A DNA stretch of 62,690 nt, taken from positions 1 to 62,690 of IMG/VR virus record IMGVR_UViG_3300023296_000161; one strand, given 5' to 3'. Positions 46,364-56,327 of the stretch are shown one piece after another. Position numbers and translations under genes: made by a program. The notes under the pieces were generated by a model that was given only the letters and a program-made list of their open reading frames with translations, ran no database searches and was not told where the DNA came from. The stretch comes from a virus. Lineage: Duplodnaviria > Caudoviricetes. Each line of letters opens with the position of its first letter. Positions within the stretch are counted from its first letter, which is position 1.

Positions 46364-46931
46364 CGTTTATCTAATGTATTGTGCTATGAAGGCACACTTT
46401 GGTAAGAGTGACTATGACTTTGTAACATACAAGGGCAAGACTCGTATCAAGCGTGACACCTTCTATAAACGTAAAGACAGGTCGTTTTTCGTTAGGTTGG
46501 CTCGCAAGTACAAGACAGAAGAACAAATCAAAAATTACTTTGTAGCAAACTTCATTAGGGATAAGAAGGGGTATATTGCCAACTTCAATGATGATAACTA
46601 TGATGCATGGAAACTGAAACGTCAGGGTTTCTTTGATTTGTTTGATGTTGAGATGAAACCTCTGGTAGAGGCATTTGAGGATTTGTTCAAAATAGAAAAT
46701 GGACAACATCCCAAATTAATGAAAGAGTTTCTGGGTGGCCGGGTGTCATTAGAAACAATCATCATATTGGATGAGTTAGTGAATTATTCACAATCTTGGA
46801 ATAAACAATTAGAGGATGACATCATATGGATTGATTTAAGAAATCTGATGAATAATTACAAAAGGTTCTTGACAATTGATCAAGAACAGTATAAGATAAG
46901 ACTATTGAAACTCATAGAGGAGTCCAGTTGA
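46350..46931 (+). CDS. 59: Helicase loader (gp59-like)
   Basis: Y..Y.AMKAHF...YDF..Y.GK...F.KRKD..FF; synteny with gp33 and gp32. Confidence 0.8.
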   Translation: MEPIDVYLMYCAMKAHFGKSDYDFVTYKGKTRIKRDTFYKRKDRSFFVRLARKYKTEEQIKNYFVANFIRDKKGYIANFNDDNYDAWKLKRQGFFDLFDVEMKPLVEAFEDLFKIENGQHPKLMKEFLGGRVSLETIIILDELVNYSQSWNKQLEDDIIWIDLRNLMNNYKRFLTIDQEQYKIRLLKLIEESS

Positions 46932-47125
46932 TGGATAGAGTAGAAGGGTTCTTTGAGGCACGGTGCCGGGAACTAGAAAACGAAGTGAAGGCAATGCAAT
47001 TTGTCAACGCTGAGGTGTCGGTTAAAAACGACGAACTTTCGGAGCGAGTTAATCAGCTTGCTAATCGTCAACCCACTTGGCCCAAGGGTTATAAACCACA
47101 GCGCCGGTTTACTCCTAACAAGTAG
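46931..47125 (+). CDS. Small coiled-coil protein
   Basis: GAGGAG SD, ORF track. Confidence 0.55.
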   Translation: MDRVEGFFEARCRELENEVKAMQFVNAEVSVKNDELSERVNQLANRQPTWPKGYKPQRRFTPNK

Positions 47126-47132
47126 ATGGTAA

Positions 47133-47206
47133 TCCGGTATAGTATAATGGTATTACAGTAGATTTGTAATCTTCTAATGGTGGTTCGATTCCATCTACCG
47201 GAACCA
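47133..47206 (+). tRNA. tRNA-Thr(TGT)
   Basis: TCCGGTA/TACCGGA acceptor, loop TTTGTAA, GGTTCGATTCC, CCA; one mismatch in the anticodon stem. Confidence 0.8.
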
Positions 47207-47222
47207 ATTTCAAGGACAAAAT

Positions 47223-47897
47223 ATGAAAGTAAAAATGACATCACATTCTACACCAGATAACATTATTGGTGTGGATGATGCACAGGAGCTCATCGCATAT
47301 TGCGCTAGAGTATCTAATCCTGGCAATCAGAACAATAAAGATACTAGCGAGAAACTGGTCAAGTATCTTATCAAGCACAAGCACTGGTCACCCCTAGAGA
47401 TGGTCAGTGCGTGTATTGAGATTGAGACAACAAGAGATATTGCACGACAGATTCTACGTCACCGCTCATTTTCGTTTCAAGAGTTCAGCCAACGGTATGC
47501 AGACCCTACCAAGGATTTGTCTTTTGAAGCAAGAGAAGCTCGACTGCAAGACCCAATCAATCGACAGAACAGTGTTGATCTGGACAGTGATGATGAGAAA
47601 CATAATCGATTGAATGAAGACTTCCGTATGAAGCAACATGTGTTGTGGCGTCAGGCAGAAGAAATATACAAGTGGGCAGTTGACAAAGGTATTGCAAAGG
47701 AACAGGCTCGTGCAGTTCTACCAGAGGGTATGACTGTATCTCGCCTATACATGAATGGCACCCTGCGCTCATGGGTACACTACATTGACCTAAGAAGCGC
47801 AAATGGTACTCAGAAGGAACATCAGGAGATTGCACAGGCCTGTGCCCGTGAGATTGCAAAGATTTTCCCCATCATGACGGATATCAGCATTGTCTAA
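47223..47897 (+). CDS. thyX: Flavin-dependent thymidylate synthase
   Basis: HWSPLE, RQILRHRSFSFQEFSQRY, EQARAVLP. Confidence 0.95.
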   Translation: MKVKMTSHSTPDNIIGVDDAQELIAYCARVSNPGNQNNKDTSEKLVKYLIKHKHWSPLEMVSACIEIETTRDIARQILRHRSFSFQEFSQRYADPTKDLSFEAREARLQDPINRQNSVDLDSDDEKHNRLNEDFRMKQHVLWRQAEEIYKWAVDKGIAKEQARAVLPEGMTVSRLYMNGTLRSWVHYIDLRSANGTQKEHQEIAQACAREIAKIFPIMTDISIV

Positions 47898-48696
47898 AGC
47901 AGTTGTCATTGGTAATGGTGAGTCACGCAAGTGGTTCAGTGATAAACAGTATAAGGTGGATGCTGTCACATGGGGTTGCAATGCAATCTATCGTGATGTG
48001 ATGGTGGACAACCTTGTTGCAGTTGACTACGGTATGCAGCAGGAAATTTATAATTCTGGATATGTATTAGATAATCCAGAATGGCCTGAGCAGGGCTGTT
48101 GTCATTTTGCAAATTGGAGTATAGTGCCGTCATCTATTGTTGATATGATGTTTATGGGGTTTGATATTCCAGAGGACTTCATACACAGGAGCTTGAAGAG
48201 AACAGACCTTTGTGTAATTTCAGGGAAAGACCCTTCTTCATTACAGGACAAGATTGTAGCTGCAATTAAGATGAATCCAGAGTTGGATATGAAAGACCTT
48301 CGCATGAAGATGGAGAAGGATGTGGGTGTCTGGATTACCTATGTGGAAGAGAATGATATTGTGTGGCCTATTGACTTTCCTGTTGAATGGTCAGCGGGTA
48401 ACACCGCACTGCACCTTGCATGTCAGCAGGGAGCAACAGAGATTTATATACTGGGGTTTGACCTATCGTCACATGACGAACCGTTGAACAACATATATAA
48501 AGGGACAGATAATTATCTGCCCAGTGATGCAAAAGGTTTTAATACCACTAATTGGATGAACCAGATGCAAACTGTTTTTAGAGAGTTTTGGGATACAAAG
48601 TTTTATTGGATAGATGCAAAAGATCATTTTATTCAAGAAAATAACCTAAGTTACTTGACAAAGACAGAGTTTTGTGATAAAGTAAGCATACTATAA
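47890..48696 (+). CDS. Hypothetical Rossmann-like protein
   Basis: VIGNGESR, GCNA.YRD, SAG..A, ILGFD. Confidence 0.6.
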   Translation: MSKAVVIGNGESRKWFSDKQYKVDAVTWGCNAIYRDVMVDNLVAVDYGMQQEIYNSGYVLDNPEWPEQGCCHFANWSIVPSSIVDMMFMGFDIPEDFIHRSLKRTDLCVISGKDPSSLQDKIVAAIKMNPELDMKDLRMKMEKDVGVWITYVEENDIVWPIDFPVEWSAGNTALHLACQQGATEIYILGFDLSSHDEPLNNIYKGTDNYLPSDAKGFNTTNWMNQMQTVFREFWDTKFYWIDAKDHFIQENNLSYLTKTEFCDKVSIL

Positions 48697-48732
48697 ACAT
48701 ACGAAAACATATATTACATAAGGAGAATACAT

Positions 48733-49617
48733 ATGTCGTTAAGTACACTAAAGAAGTCTAATTCTTTGGACAAACTGCTTGGTGCAGTTCAATCAGATAG
48801 TGGTGGGGGAGAGAAGAAGTCCTATGTGGATGATCGTCTCTGGAAGCCTGTCATGGATAAGAGCGGTAATGGTTATGCCGTTATTCGTTTCCTTCCCGCA
48901 GTAGAGGGTGAGGATATGCCTTGGGCAAAGGTGTGGAACCATGCTTTCCAAGGTCCAACTGGACAGTGGTATATTGAGAACTCTCTCACTACCATTGGTC
49001 AGAATGACCCTGTATCTGAGATGAACTCTGCATATTGGAACTCAGGTGTTGAGTCTGATAAGGAGATTGCTCGTAAGCAGAAGCGTAAGTTGCAGTATTT
49101 TGCAAACATCTATGTTGTTGAAGATTCTGCTAATCCTCAGAATGAGGGTAAGGTGATGCTCTACAAGTTTGGTAAGAAAATCTTTGACAAGTGCATGGAA
49201 GCAATGCAGCCTGCGTTTAAGGATGAAACTCCAATTAATCCTTTTGACTTCTGGGCAGGTGCGAACTTCAAGTTGAAGCTTCGTATGGTAGAAGGTTACT
49301 GGAACTATGATAAGTCAGAGTTCTCAGCGCCATCTCCTTTGTTTGATGATGATGATAAGTTGGAAGAAGTGTGGAAGAAGCAGTATCCCCTATCAGAGTT
49401 TACTGCTGAAACTAACTTCAAGTCCTATGATGAACTGAAGAAGCGTATGGATATGGTTCTAATAGGAACTGTTAAGGTAGGTAAAGCTGCTGAAGTTATG
49501 GAAGATGCTCCTTGGGTTGAACCAAAGGTGGATACGAAACCTACTCCAGCGCCTACTGTTGATAATGATGATGATGAGGACACTATGTCCTACTTTGAAA
49601 AGTTGGCAAAAGAGTAA
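48733..49617 (+). CDS. 32: Single-stranded DNA-binding protein (gp32-like)
   Basis: DKSGNGYAVIRFLP, WYIENS.TT, FGKKIFDK, NYDKSEF, acidic tail. Confidence 0.95.
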   Translation: MSLSTLKKSNSLDKLLGAVQSDSGGGEKKSYVDDRLWKPVMDKSGNGYAVIRFLPAVEGEDMPWAKVWNHAFQGPTGQWYIENSLTTIGQNDPVSEMNSAYWNSGVESDKEIARKQKRKLQYFANIYVVEDSANPQNEGKVMLYKFGKKIFDKCMEAMQPAFKDETPINPFDFWAGANFKLKLRMVEGYWNYDKSEFSAPSPLFDDDDKLEEVWKKQYPLSEFTAETNFKSYDELKKRMDMVLIGTVKVGKAAEVMEDAPWVEPKVDTKPTPAPTVDNDDDEDTMSYFEKLAKE

Positions 49618-49623
49618 GTAAGG

Positions 49624-49655
49624 AGAGGGGGAACTTTTGGGTTCCCCCTTTTTTT
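49624..49655 (+). terminator. Rho-independent terminator between convergent genes
   Basis: AGGGGGAAC/GTTCCCCCT stem plus T-run. Confidence 0.8.
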
Positions 49656-49657
49656 AA

Positions 49658-51649
49658 TTAAGACCCGACAAAGATGGCGGCCGCTGCGTTTAATCCACCA
49701 AACTTATTGGGGATGATTGGACCACCACCGCCCATCCCCAGATTTTGGTGCTGGACACTTGATTTTACGCTTGCATCAACAAAAGTAGTAGCTCCAGATG
49801 CACCGCCATCAGTACCTCTCCCCATTCGTTCTTGCTCAAATCGATTTAGGTCTGGTTGACTATCGCCGAACTCGCCTTTGGGTCCATATCCCCCTATATT
49901 GGGTCCAACTGGTTTAGTAGGTGATCCACCAGCATTTGATCCGCCAGCAGATGTTAATTTTTTAATATCGTTTTCTGGGCTTGATTCTTCTCCCATTAAG
50001 AATCCAGCAAGTTTTTGTCCTGCCCAATCTCCACCAAAGAAACCAACCCCCGCACCAATAAGTGCGCCCAAAGGCGCTGCGACAATTGCCCCCGGCCCAG
50101 TGAACAATGCACCCAATGCTCCGCCGACAATACCGAAACCGGCTGCCCCCAAACCACCACCGATTAAACCACCAACACCTTTGATTTTATTTTCCTTAGA
50201 TGCGTCACTCAATAATAGTGATGCCACCATCGCACTACTAAGGATAGGGCCAAGTAGGGGAATTCTCTTTGCAGCCATTAACAATCTGGGATATTTTTTT
50301 AGATGACCTAAACCACCCCCAGAATTGGCCTTAGCAGCTGCCATTATTTTGGCTCTGCCCGTTAAATCCCCCACCTTTGTTGTAGTGGCTTTACCATCAA
50401 CCCCGGCATAAACTTTACTACCTTTTGGTGAAGTTACAACACTGCCAGCTTTGGGTGGAACTGATCCGCCCACTAGTGGCGGCAGGGCTCCCACAACCTT
50501 TGGTTTATTTTTAAGTCCTAACGCCTCTAATGCCTTTCCTATTCCACGAAATACCCCCCTGATTACCTTGAAACCTAGTGTTAGGGGCAACAATAACAGA
50601 TCGATTGCTTTTTTTCCCACCCAACCAACGGTCAGCGCAGCAATTCCTAATACGAGCAAACCATCAGCACTAAATATACCGGCAATTCGATCAAAAAGAC
50701 TTACTGGATTTCCTTCTTTATCCTTACCACTAAACAACGCAATAAGCTTATCTACGCCCTTTGTCATTTCTGCAAATGTTTCGCTTTGAAAAAATGTACC
50801 AAGAGCAATCAATAACGCACCAATTCCAATAGTGGTGAAAAATGCCTTTAGTCCTAAACTTATGGTTTTCTTGCCCATTGAAACCAATTCACCAATGCCA
50901 GCACCCAACTTTGCTAGTTTAGAACCCTGTTCTGCGTTTAGTTTCAGTAGGTCTTCTCGTAGTTCTTTTTTCTTGGCAGGACTAGTTGCGGTCTTGATTC
51001 TAAATTTAAGGTCCGCTTTATCGGCTTCATACTGTAGTTTATTATATTTTTTATTGTCTGTTGCAACTAAACCAAGCGTTTCGAGTGACTTTTTCATGGA
51101 TGCCAGAGCTTCATCAGATTTTTTTATTTCTTCTGGCCGATCCTTTATTGCATGTCTCGCAGACATTTTCACTCCGGTTTTTTGACCTTTCTGAAAGGTT
51201 ATATTTTCATAAAAACCCTCTAGACCTCTCTTCAAACCAAAGAAGATGTCCCCCTGTTCTTTTCCCGACTTTTGATTCAAACTGGCAAAGTTAGCAAGAG
51301 AGTTTAGTGTCTTAAAATTGAATTTATTATCTTGGGAGTTCTGTTTGCTCTGACCCGTGATAGCGAGGACGGTCTGTTGAACAGAATTATTAACAGAATT
51401 ATTGCCGGACTTTAACTCACTTACAATATCTTTAGTATTTTTTGCTACCGCTTCATCAACTTCAGTTACGCCCTCTCTCTTATCATACTTTTCTTGGCGA
51501 GTAGCAAGGGCTCTAGCACTCAATATTTCAGGCAAATTTTGTGCTATTATAGAAGTAGCAGTGCCACTTTTTGCATTATCTTTAGCAAGCTGCTCCAATT
51601 TTTTATTGGTTTCAACTAACAGATTAGCAACAGTTTTCAGATCAGCCAT
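49658..51649 (-). CDS. Putative tape-measure/baseplate hub protein
   Basis: 663 aa, helical N-terminus, Gly/Ala-rich hydrophobic segments, position in tail cluster. Confidence 0.55.
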   Translation of the reverse strand: MADLKTVANLLVETNKKLEQLAKDNAKSGTATSIIAQNLPEILSARALATRQEKYDKREGVTEVDEAVAKNTKDIVSELKSGNNSVNNSVQQTVLAITGQSKQNSQDNKFNFKTLNSLANFASLNQKSGKEQGDIFFGLKRGLEGFYENITFQKGQKTGVKMSARHAIKDRPEEIKKSDEALASMKKSLETLGLVATDNKKYNKLQYEADKADLKFRIKTATSPAKKKELREDLLKLNAEQGSKLAKLGAGIGELVSMGKKTISLGLKAFFTTIGIGALLIALGTFFQSETFAEMTKGVDKLIALFSGKDKEGNPVSLFDRIAGIFSADGLLVLGIAALTVGWVGKKAIDLLLLPLTLGFKVIRGVFRGIGKALEALGLKNKPKVVGALPPLVGGSVPPKAGSVVTSPKGSKVYAGVDGKATTTKVGDLTGRAKIMAAAKANSGGGLGHLKKYPRLLMAAKRIPLLGPILSSAMVASLLLSDASKENKIKGVGGLIGGGLGAAGFGIVGGALGALFTGPGAIVAAPLGALIGAGVGFFGGDWAGQKLAGFLMGEESSPENDIKKLTSAGGSNAGGSPTKPVGPNIGGYGPKGEFGDSQPDLNRFEQERMGRGTDGGASGATTFVDASVKSSVQHQNLGMGGGGPIIPNKFGGLNAAAAIFVGS

Positions 51650-51661
51650 AACTCAGGTTCC

Positions 51662-51997
51662 TTATTTCTTAGGTTCTTTGTTTGCAAACGCTTGAGCGCC
51701 AAAGAAAGCTGCAATGATACCAGCAACAGCAATGAAGTATACTCCTGCCATGTCACCAAGTATCTTTGCTGCTACCTCAATACCAAACACAACCGACACA
51801 ACAACACATACAGGATACAATAGCATACCGCTAAGAGCAAACCACGCCATCTTGCGTTGGGCATCCTCTTTCTTGTCTTCATTCTCAAGTCGTATCATTC
51901 TCTCTTCCATAGCCAACTCCTCATCACTAACAATTCCATCACCATCAATATCAAATTTATCAAATTCACTATCTTTTTGTAGCTTTTTCTGCGTCAT
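51662..51997 (-). CDS. EF-hand-loop, two-TM membrane protein
   Basis: DIDGDGIVSDEE followed by two hydrophobic helices. Confidence 0.65.
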   Translation of the reverse strand: MTQKKLQKDSEFDKFDIDGDGIVSDEELAMEERMIRLENEDKKEDAQRKMAWFALSGMLLYPVCVVVSVVFGIEVAAKILGDMAGVYFIAVAGIIAAFFGAQAFANKEPKK

Positions 51998-52011
51998 TTG
52001 ATTAACTCCGA

Positions 52012-52206
52012 TTATTTGTTTTTTCTTGCTTGTTTGTCATACTCCGCTTTCTCATCCTCTAAATGTTTTATCAATAAACCAGAATATATTTCTCTTTCCC
52101 ACGGCACCATATTCTCTAATTCAGTTAAACTCCAATTATGATGCTGTATCATTGCAAAATTTTGTCTATAATAATTCTCCACAGAGTCATGAGACAGCCC
52201 TATCCT
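52012..52206 (-). CDS. gp51-like baseplate assembly frame, probably reached by -1 frameshift; not in ORF track
   Basis: RIGLSHDSVENYYRQNFAMIQHHNWSLTELENMVPWEREIYSGLL... Confidence 0.65.
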   Translation of the reverse strand, partial: RIGLSHDSVENYYRQNFAMIQHHNWSLTELENMVPWEREIYSGLLIKHLEDEKAEYDKQARKNK

Positions 52207-52913
52207 AAAAAACTTTCAAGCCCCTCCAATAATACTTCACTCTTTATCTTTGTCTTCGGATTGGTAACATCAATAACGTGTCGTAATTTCGGCATTGTTT
52301 CAAAAAACTTCATCACACTCTCTAACTGCTCTGTGTTAAACGAATCAATAAATTCTGTAATTTCATCCTCTGTCATATCAATTCTATGGATTGTTTCATC
52401 CCCATTAATAACACTTTCAACACATTTATTGATCATTGCCATTGACTTTTCGAAATCACCCAAATCATCATACAAATATAATCCCTGAAGGTCTTTCAAT
52501 ATTGGATATCTTAATTTTAGTCTGATATCTTCTGTGATGGTAATTTCCTGTGAGTGTTCTACACTCAGTTGTACACCAATTTTCTCTAAGTCAATTTCAA
52601 CCAGAACAATAGTTTCTTCATCATCTGGACATGTAACAGTAATTTTTACTTTAGCACCAGCAGATTTCGCCCGTAATTGTAAAAACACATATTCAATATC
52701 AAACATTGGAGCAATATTAGCATCCAAAATACCAAAGGTGCAATTTGATACCAACGCCCCCATAGCATCGGCAATTTGTTTTTCATCCCCGGATTCTTGG
52801 GCAATCATCAAAATCTTTTGCTCTTTGACCAAGAATGGCCTGAATTTAATTTCCTCCTGTGTTGATGGTAGTGTTAGTGTGTATTCAGAAGTTTGTAGTT
52901 TAGGTAATGCCAT
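52200..52913 (-). CDS. Baseplate hub assembly protein (gp26-like)
   Basis: MALPKL...FRPFLVKEQKIL...FDIEY.FL.LRAKS.G...FFETMPKL. Confidence 0.8.
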   Translation of the reverse strand: MALPKLQTSEYTLTLPSTQEEIKFRPFLVKEQKILMIAQESGDEKQIADAMGALVSNCTFGILDANIAPMFDIEYVFLQLRAKSAGAKVKITVTCPDDEETIVLVEIDLEKIGVQLSVEHSQEITITEDIRLKLRYPILKDLQGLYLYDDLGDFEKSMAMINKCVESVINGDETIHRIDMTEDEITEFIDSFNTEQLESVMKFFETMPKLRHVIDVTNPKTKIKSEVLLEGLESFLG

Positions 52914-52935
52914 AATTTATCATCCTTTATCATAA

Positions 52936-53601
52936 TTAGTTTCCAAGTCTGCTCAACACCTTCGGTATGTTCGCATTAATCGTTCGTTCTGCACCAGTGA
53001 TTACTGTATCAAGAACCTTTTCCATAAGATTGGGTGGTTGGTTAGTAATATCAAGAGTCTCCCAATACTTATATGCCATAGTGACAGGTATCTTTATGAT
53101 ATCTGTTGCTTGAGTATAACTTAAAGGACTTGGACCAATATCTTTTGGAAAACACTCAAATAGTTTAATTCCATAACGTCTTTGGTTATTTACATCAAGA
53201 ACATAGATTTCAATTTCTTTAATGTAATCCCTATAATACTTGACATTCCACGTTCCCTTGTCCCAAGCCATCTCTTGCCAGTGTTCAAAGAATACTCTTT
53301 CTTCTAGGTCACTACTTGATTGAAAGGTCATAGCTAGTGTACCACCAAACGTGATACCATCAACAATTTCTGGTGCAATACCATACATGTTAGAATCTGG
53401 TGATGTATTAAGTGACCTGCCGGGTAAGTCAAGGGCTTCACATCGCATAGAAACTTTCCTTGCATCCCCCTCTGCCGGGGATGTGATAATAACCTCGTAA
53501 CGACTTGGGAGTGCATATCCATTGTCACTATGAAACTCTGACAAGAAATCATTTAATACACCAAATGCGGTTGATTCTACAAAATTTGCTAGTGTTGCCA
53601 T
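52936..53601 (-). CDS. Tail tube-like/baseplate tube initiator protein
   Basis: C....LPGR, F..WQE, L.ECFP motifs; tail cluster. Confidence 0.65.
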   Translation of the reverse strand: MATLANFVESTAFGVLNDFLSEFHSDNGYALPSRYEVIITSPAEGDARKVSMRCEALDLPGRSLNTSPDSNMYGIAPEIVDGITFGGTLAMTFQSSSDLEERVFFEHWQEMAWDKGTWNVKYYRDYIKEIEIYVLDVNNQRRYGIKLFECFPKDIGPSPLSYTQATDIIKIPVTMAYKYWETLDITNQPPNLMEKVLDTVITGAERTINANIPKVLSRLGN

Positions 53602-54164
53602 TAGATCATTGCCCTCGAATCTTTCCATACCTCAGAAGAATCTGCTTTCTTAAACCTCTGTACAGGTAGGAGAGTCGCAATTGTAAATTCGTCTGCATCA
53701 ATTCTACGAAACTGTGATTTGGTCTGTCCTGCTAGGTATTTGTGTATGGTTGGCCTGATAAGTCTCACATTCTTTAGTTTCTGGTAATCAACGATAAGTT
53801 TTGTTGACTCATCAAATGCGGTATTATTAGAGAAATCCACCAAACGATCAAGCAACTTAATTCTTAGAGGAATGGGTAGATAATGCAAGTTGATCCCCAG
53901 AAATCCATCTGAATACTTCTCTATGGGTAATACCAACGGAAACGTATCATAGTATGGTAGGGTCTTCTTGAACTTAGGATCATACATGAACATGTTAAGC
54001 CTACCATAGAATGGTTGATTGCTCCTCTTACCATCTCGTATGAGGTCAAGTGTGGTTGGTGTACCAAACTCTTTAATTTTCTCTCTATACCATGCAGTAG
54101 ATTTGGGGCGACCTTTTGCCTCATCCTTAACTGATTGCATATATTTGCTGGGTGCTCTTGCCAT
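53601..54164 (-). CDS. 2: DNA end protector (gp2-like)
   Basis: YDPK.K..LPYYD.FPL, GINLHYL; late promoter on minus strand 54170-54177. Confidence 0.85.
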   Translation of the reverse strand: MARAPSKYMQSVKDEAKGRPKSTAWYREKIKEFGTPTTLDLIRDGKRSNQPFYGRLNMFMYDPKFKKTLPYYDTFPLVLPIEKYSDGFLGINLHYLPIPLRIKLLDRLVDFSNNTAFDESTKLIVDYQKLKNVRLIRPTIHKYLAGQTKSQFRRIDADEFTIATLLPVQRFKKADSSEVWKDSRAMI

Positions 54165-54168
54165 ATAT

Positions 54169-54612
54169 CTATTTATACGAAATCCCAAGATGATCTTCAG
54201 TTAAAATCTTGAACTCCATACCATTATCTGCACACCATTCTGTAGCAGATCGCCACTTAGCATCATTCACACCATAGGTCATGACCTCATTCATCCATCG
54301 TCTGGTGCGCCTCTTGGGTTCCTTGGGTGGTTTGCACTGCACCTTGGGTTTAACCTCAATTATCATCTTCTTAATCTGACCATTAGCCTGTTTGACTTTG
54401 ATATAAAAATCTGGGAAGTATTTGTGCATACGTCCATCCTTGGGTGATAAATAGGGTATAATGATCTCTTCACTGCCCCATTCAATTATGGATGTGCTGT
54501 TGTCACAGTATACCATAAATTTACGTTCCCAGAGAGAACGATAAACTATGTTCTGTGGATTGCCCTTATATTTTTTGGGCTTGGTTGGTATGTATCGACC
54601 TTTGTATGACAT
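54169..54612 (-). CDS. 4: Head completion nuclease (gp4-like)
   Basis: YRSLWE, WGSEE, YFPDF, IEVKP. Confidence 0.88.
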   Translation of the reverse strand: MSYKGRYIPTKPKKYKGNPQNIVYRSLWERKFMVYCDNSTSIIEWGSEEIIIPYLSPKDGRMHKYFPDFYIKVKQANGQIKKMIIEVKPKVQCKPPKEPKRRTRRWMNEVMTYGVNDAKWRSATEWCADNGMEFKILTEDHLGISYK

Positions 54613-54616
54613 GTGT

Positions 54617-54624
54617 TATAAATA
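54617..54624 (+). promoter_or_regulatory. T4-type late promoter at divergent junction
   Basis: TATAAATA. Confidence 0.75.
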
Positions 54625-54654
54625 GTTTCATAAAGTGTATAAGGATATTTAGAC

Positions 54655-55779
54655 ATGGCATTAAGAGACGCTTTCGTAAACATAGCAAAGAATGCTGCAT
54701 CAGGTGCTGCACAGAGAGTAATTACTTCTGTTGCTGATGGTCTTAGGTCAGGATTAGGTGGTTCAAGTAGTAGTTCTTCATCTAGTCCTGTACAAACTGG
54801 TTTTAATAAACCGGACCCAATTCTCTTATACCCTTCTGATGTTGGCGTTAATGCTCATCAAGCAAGCTATATACTCTTCGCTCGACATTCTGTATCGGGT
54901 GCAAAAGTAAAACCAATACAACACGCAGGAAAGGTTGCTGATGTTTTCTATATAGACAAAGTGACCGGCAAGAAAACATTGAACAAGGACAAAACGGATG
55001 AAAACCAGCAAAAAGCACACGACCAATTAAACGCACAATCTGGCGGTTCTGGTGGTGCTGGTAAGAATGGCGCAAGTAATTCACTCACGTTGTCTCGCAG
55101 AAATATCCAGAGAACCGGAACCTTTATCGGACTGTACATGCCCCCAGCAGTTAATGTAAACTATGCTATGGATTATTCTGAGGGTGAAATTGGTGTGGTG
55201 GGTGAAGCGCTCTATGGATTGTTTAAGGCTTATCAGAACGGAACATTGAGCGGGGATTCTTTTAAGAAAGGGTTTGACACTCTAGGTGACGGGCTAGTGA
55301 AAATGGGAGTGGGTATGATTGATAAGGCAATTCCCGGCGCAAAAGATTTGCTTGCAATTGAGAGTGGAACGATTATTACACCCAGAACAGAGATGATGTT
55401 CAGGGGTATTGGTAGAAGGTCATTTTCCTTTTCTTTCACATTCATTCCCAAAGATCATACAGAAACAGAAACGGTGCATAAAATTGTACAAGAATTTAAA
55501 GAGGGAATGACCCCAAGTTTTAAGAATGCCGGTAGTACAAGAGAGATGACAATTCCTGATGTATTTTCAATTCAGTATATGCATGTCAATGGACAAAATC
55601 AATATATCAATAAGATTGGTAAATGTTATCTAAAAACAATGGATGTTACTTATGGTGGAGATAAATTTGTAACATATAATGCTGACAAAAAGGGTGCGCC
55701 ACCCCAGAAAACAACCATCACTCTGGCTTTCCAAGAACTAGAAATCATGGACAGAGATAATATTAGGAACGGATACTAA
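54655..55779 (+). CDS. Baseplate tail-tube cap (gp48-like)
   Basis: LYMP, P..E.MF.G...R.FSF.F.F.PK, L.FQELE. Confidence 0.75.
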   Translation: MALRDAFVNIAKNAASGAAQRVITSVADGLRSGLGGSSSSSSSSPVQTGFNKPDPILLYPSDVGVNAHQASYILFARHSVSGAKVKPIQHAGKVADVFYIDKVTGKKTLNKDKTDENQQKAHDQLNAQSGGSGGAGKNGASNSLTLSRRNIQRTGTFIGLYMPPAVNVNYAMDYSEGEIGVVGEALYGLFKAYQNGTLSGDSFKKGFDTLGDGLVKMGVGMIDKAIPGAKDLLAIESGTIITPRTEMMFRGIGRRSFSFSFTFIPKDHTETETVHKIVQEFKEGMTPSFKNAGSTREMTIPDVFSIQYMHVNGQNQYINKIGKCYLKTMDVTYGGDKFVTYNADKKGAPPQKTTITLAFQELEIMDRDNIRNGY

Positions 55780-55780
55780 G

Positions 55781-56323
55781 ATGTATTTTAGTCAATTTCC
55801 AGTTATTGCATATGATTCTGTTGGCGATGGAGAATTCAAAACAGTCACCCATTTACTCAAGCGTGTGGCTCTTCATGGTAAATCAAAATCAGTATCATCT
55901 TTGTATGATACATATGACATTAGGAATGGTGAAACGCCAGAGATGATTGCTTACAAATATTATGGTGATGCAGAATATCATTGGGTCATTCTGATTGTCA
56001 ATAACATCACAGACAGGTATCACCAGTGGCCAATGAACACTCGCCAGTTCCTTGCACATCTTGCCGAGAGATATGATAATGTGGATGCAACACACCACTA
56101 CGAGATTTATCAGGTATCGGGTGACACCACAAAAAAGATTAATATTGGCCTCACCAATAAAGACACTAATGGTAACACTATTGCAGATGCAACACTGGTC
56201 ACAAATAGAGAATACGAAGAATCGAAACAGGATATAATTAGAAAAATACGGCTGTTAGACCCCCAATATCTAGAACAGTTTGTTGAGGAATTTGAGGCAT
56301 TGGTTTCTAATACAGAGGATTGA
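55781..56323 (+). CDS. Baseplate wedge protein (gp53-like)
   Basis: MYFSQFP, ETPE.IA...YG...HWVIL..N...WP. Confidence 0.85.
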   Translation: MYFSQFPVIAYDSVGDGEFKTVTHLLKRVALHGKSKSVSSLYDTYDIRNGETPEMIAYKYYGDAEYHWVILIVNNITDRYHQWPMNTRQFLAHLAERYDNVDATHHYEIYQVSGDTTKKINIGLTNKDTNGNTIADATLVTNREYEESKQDIIRKIRLLDPQYLEQFVEEFEALVSNTED

Positions 56324-56327
56324 TTGA

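Noticed and set aside
49674-52935. Plus-strand ORFs opposite the tail genes, and other antisense ORFs in the track
   Set aside because: They are shadows of real genes, lacking SD sites and motifs
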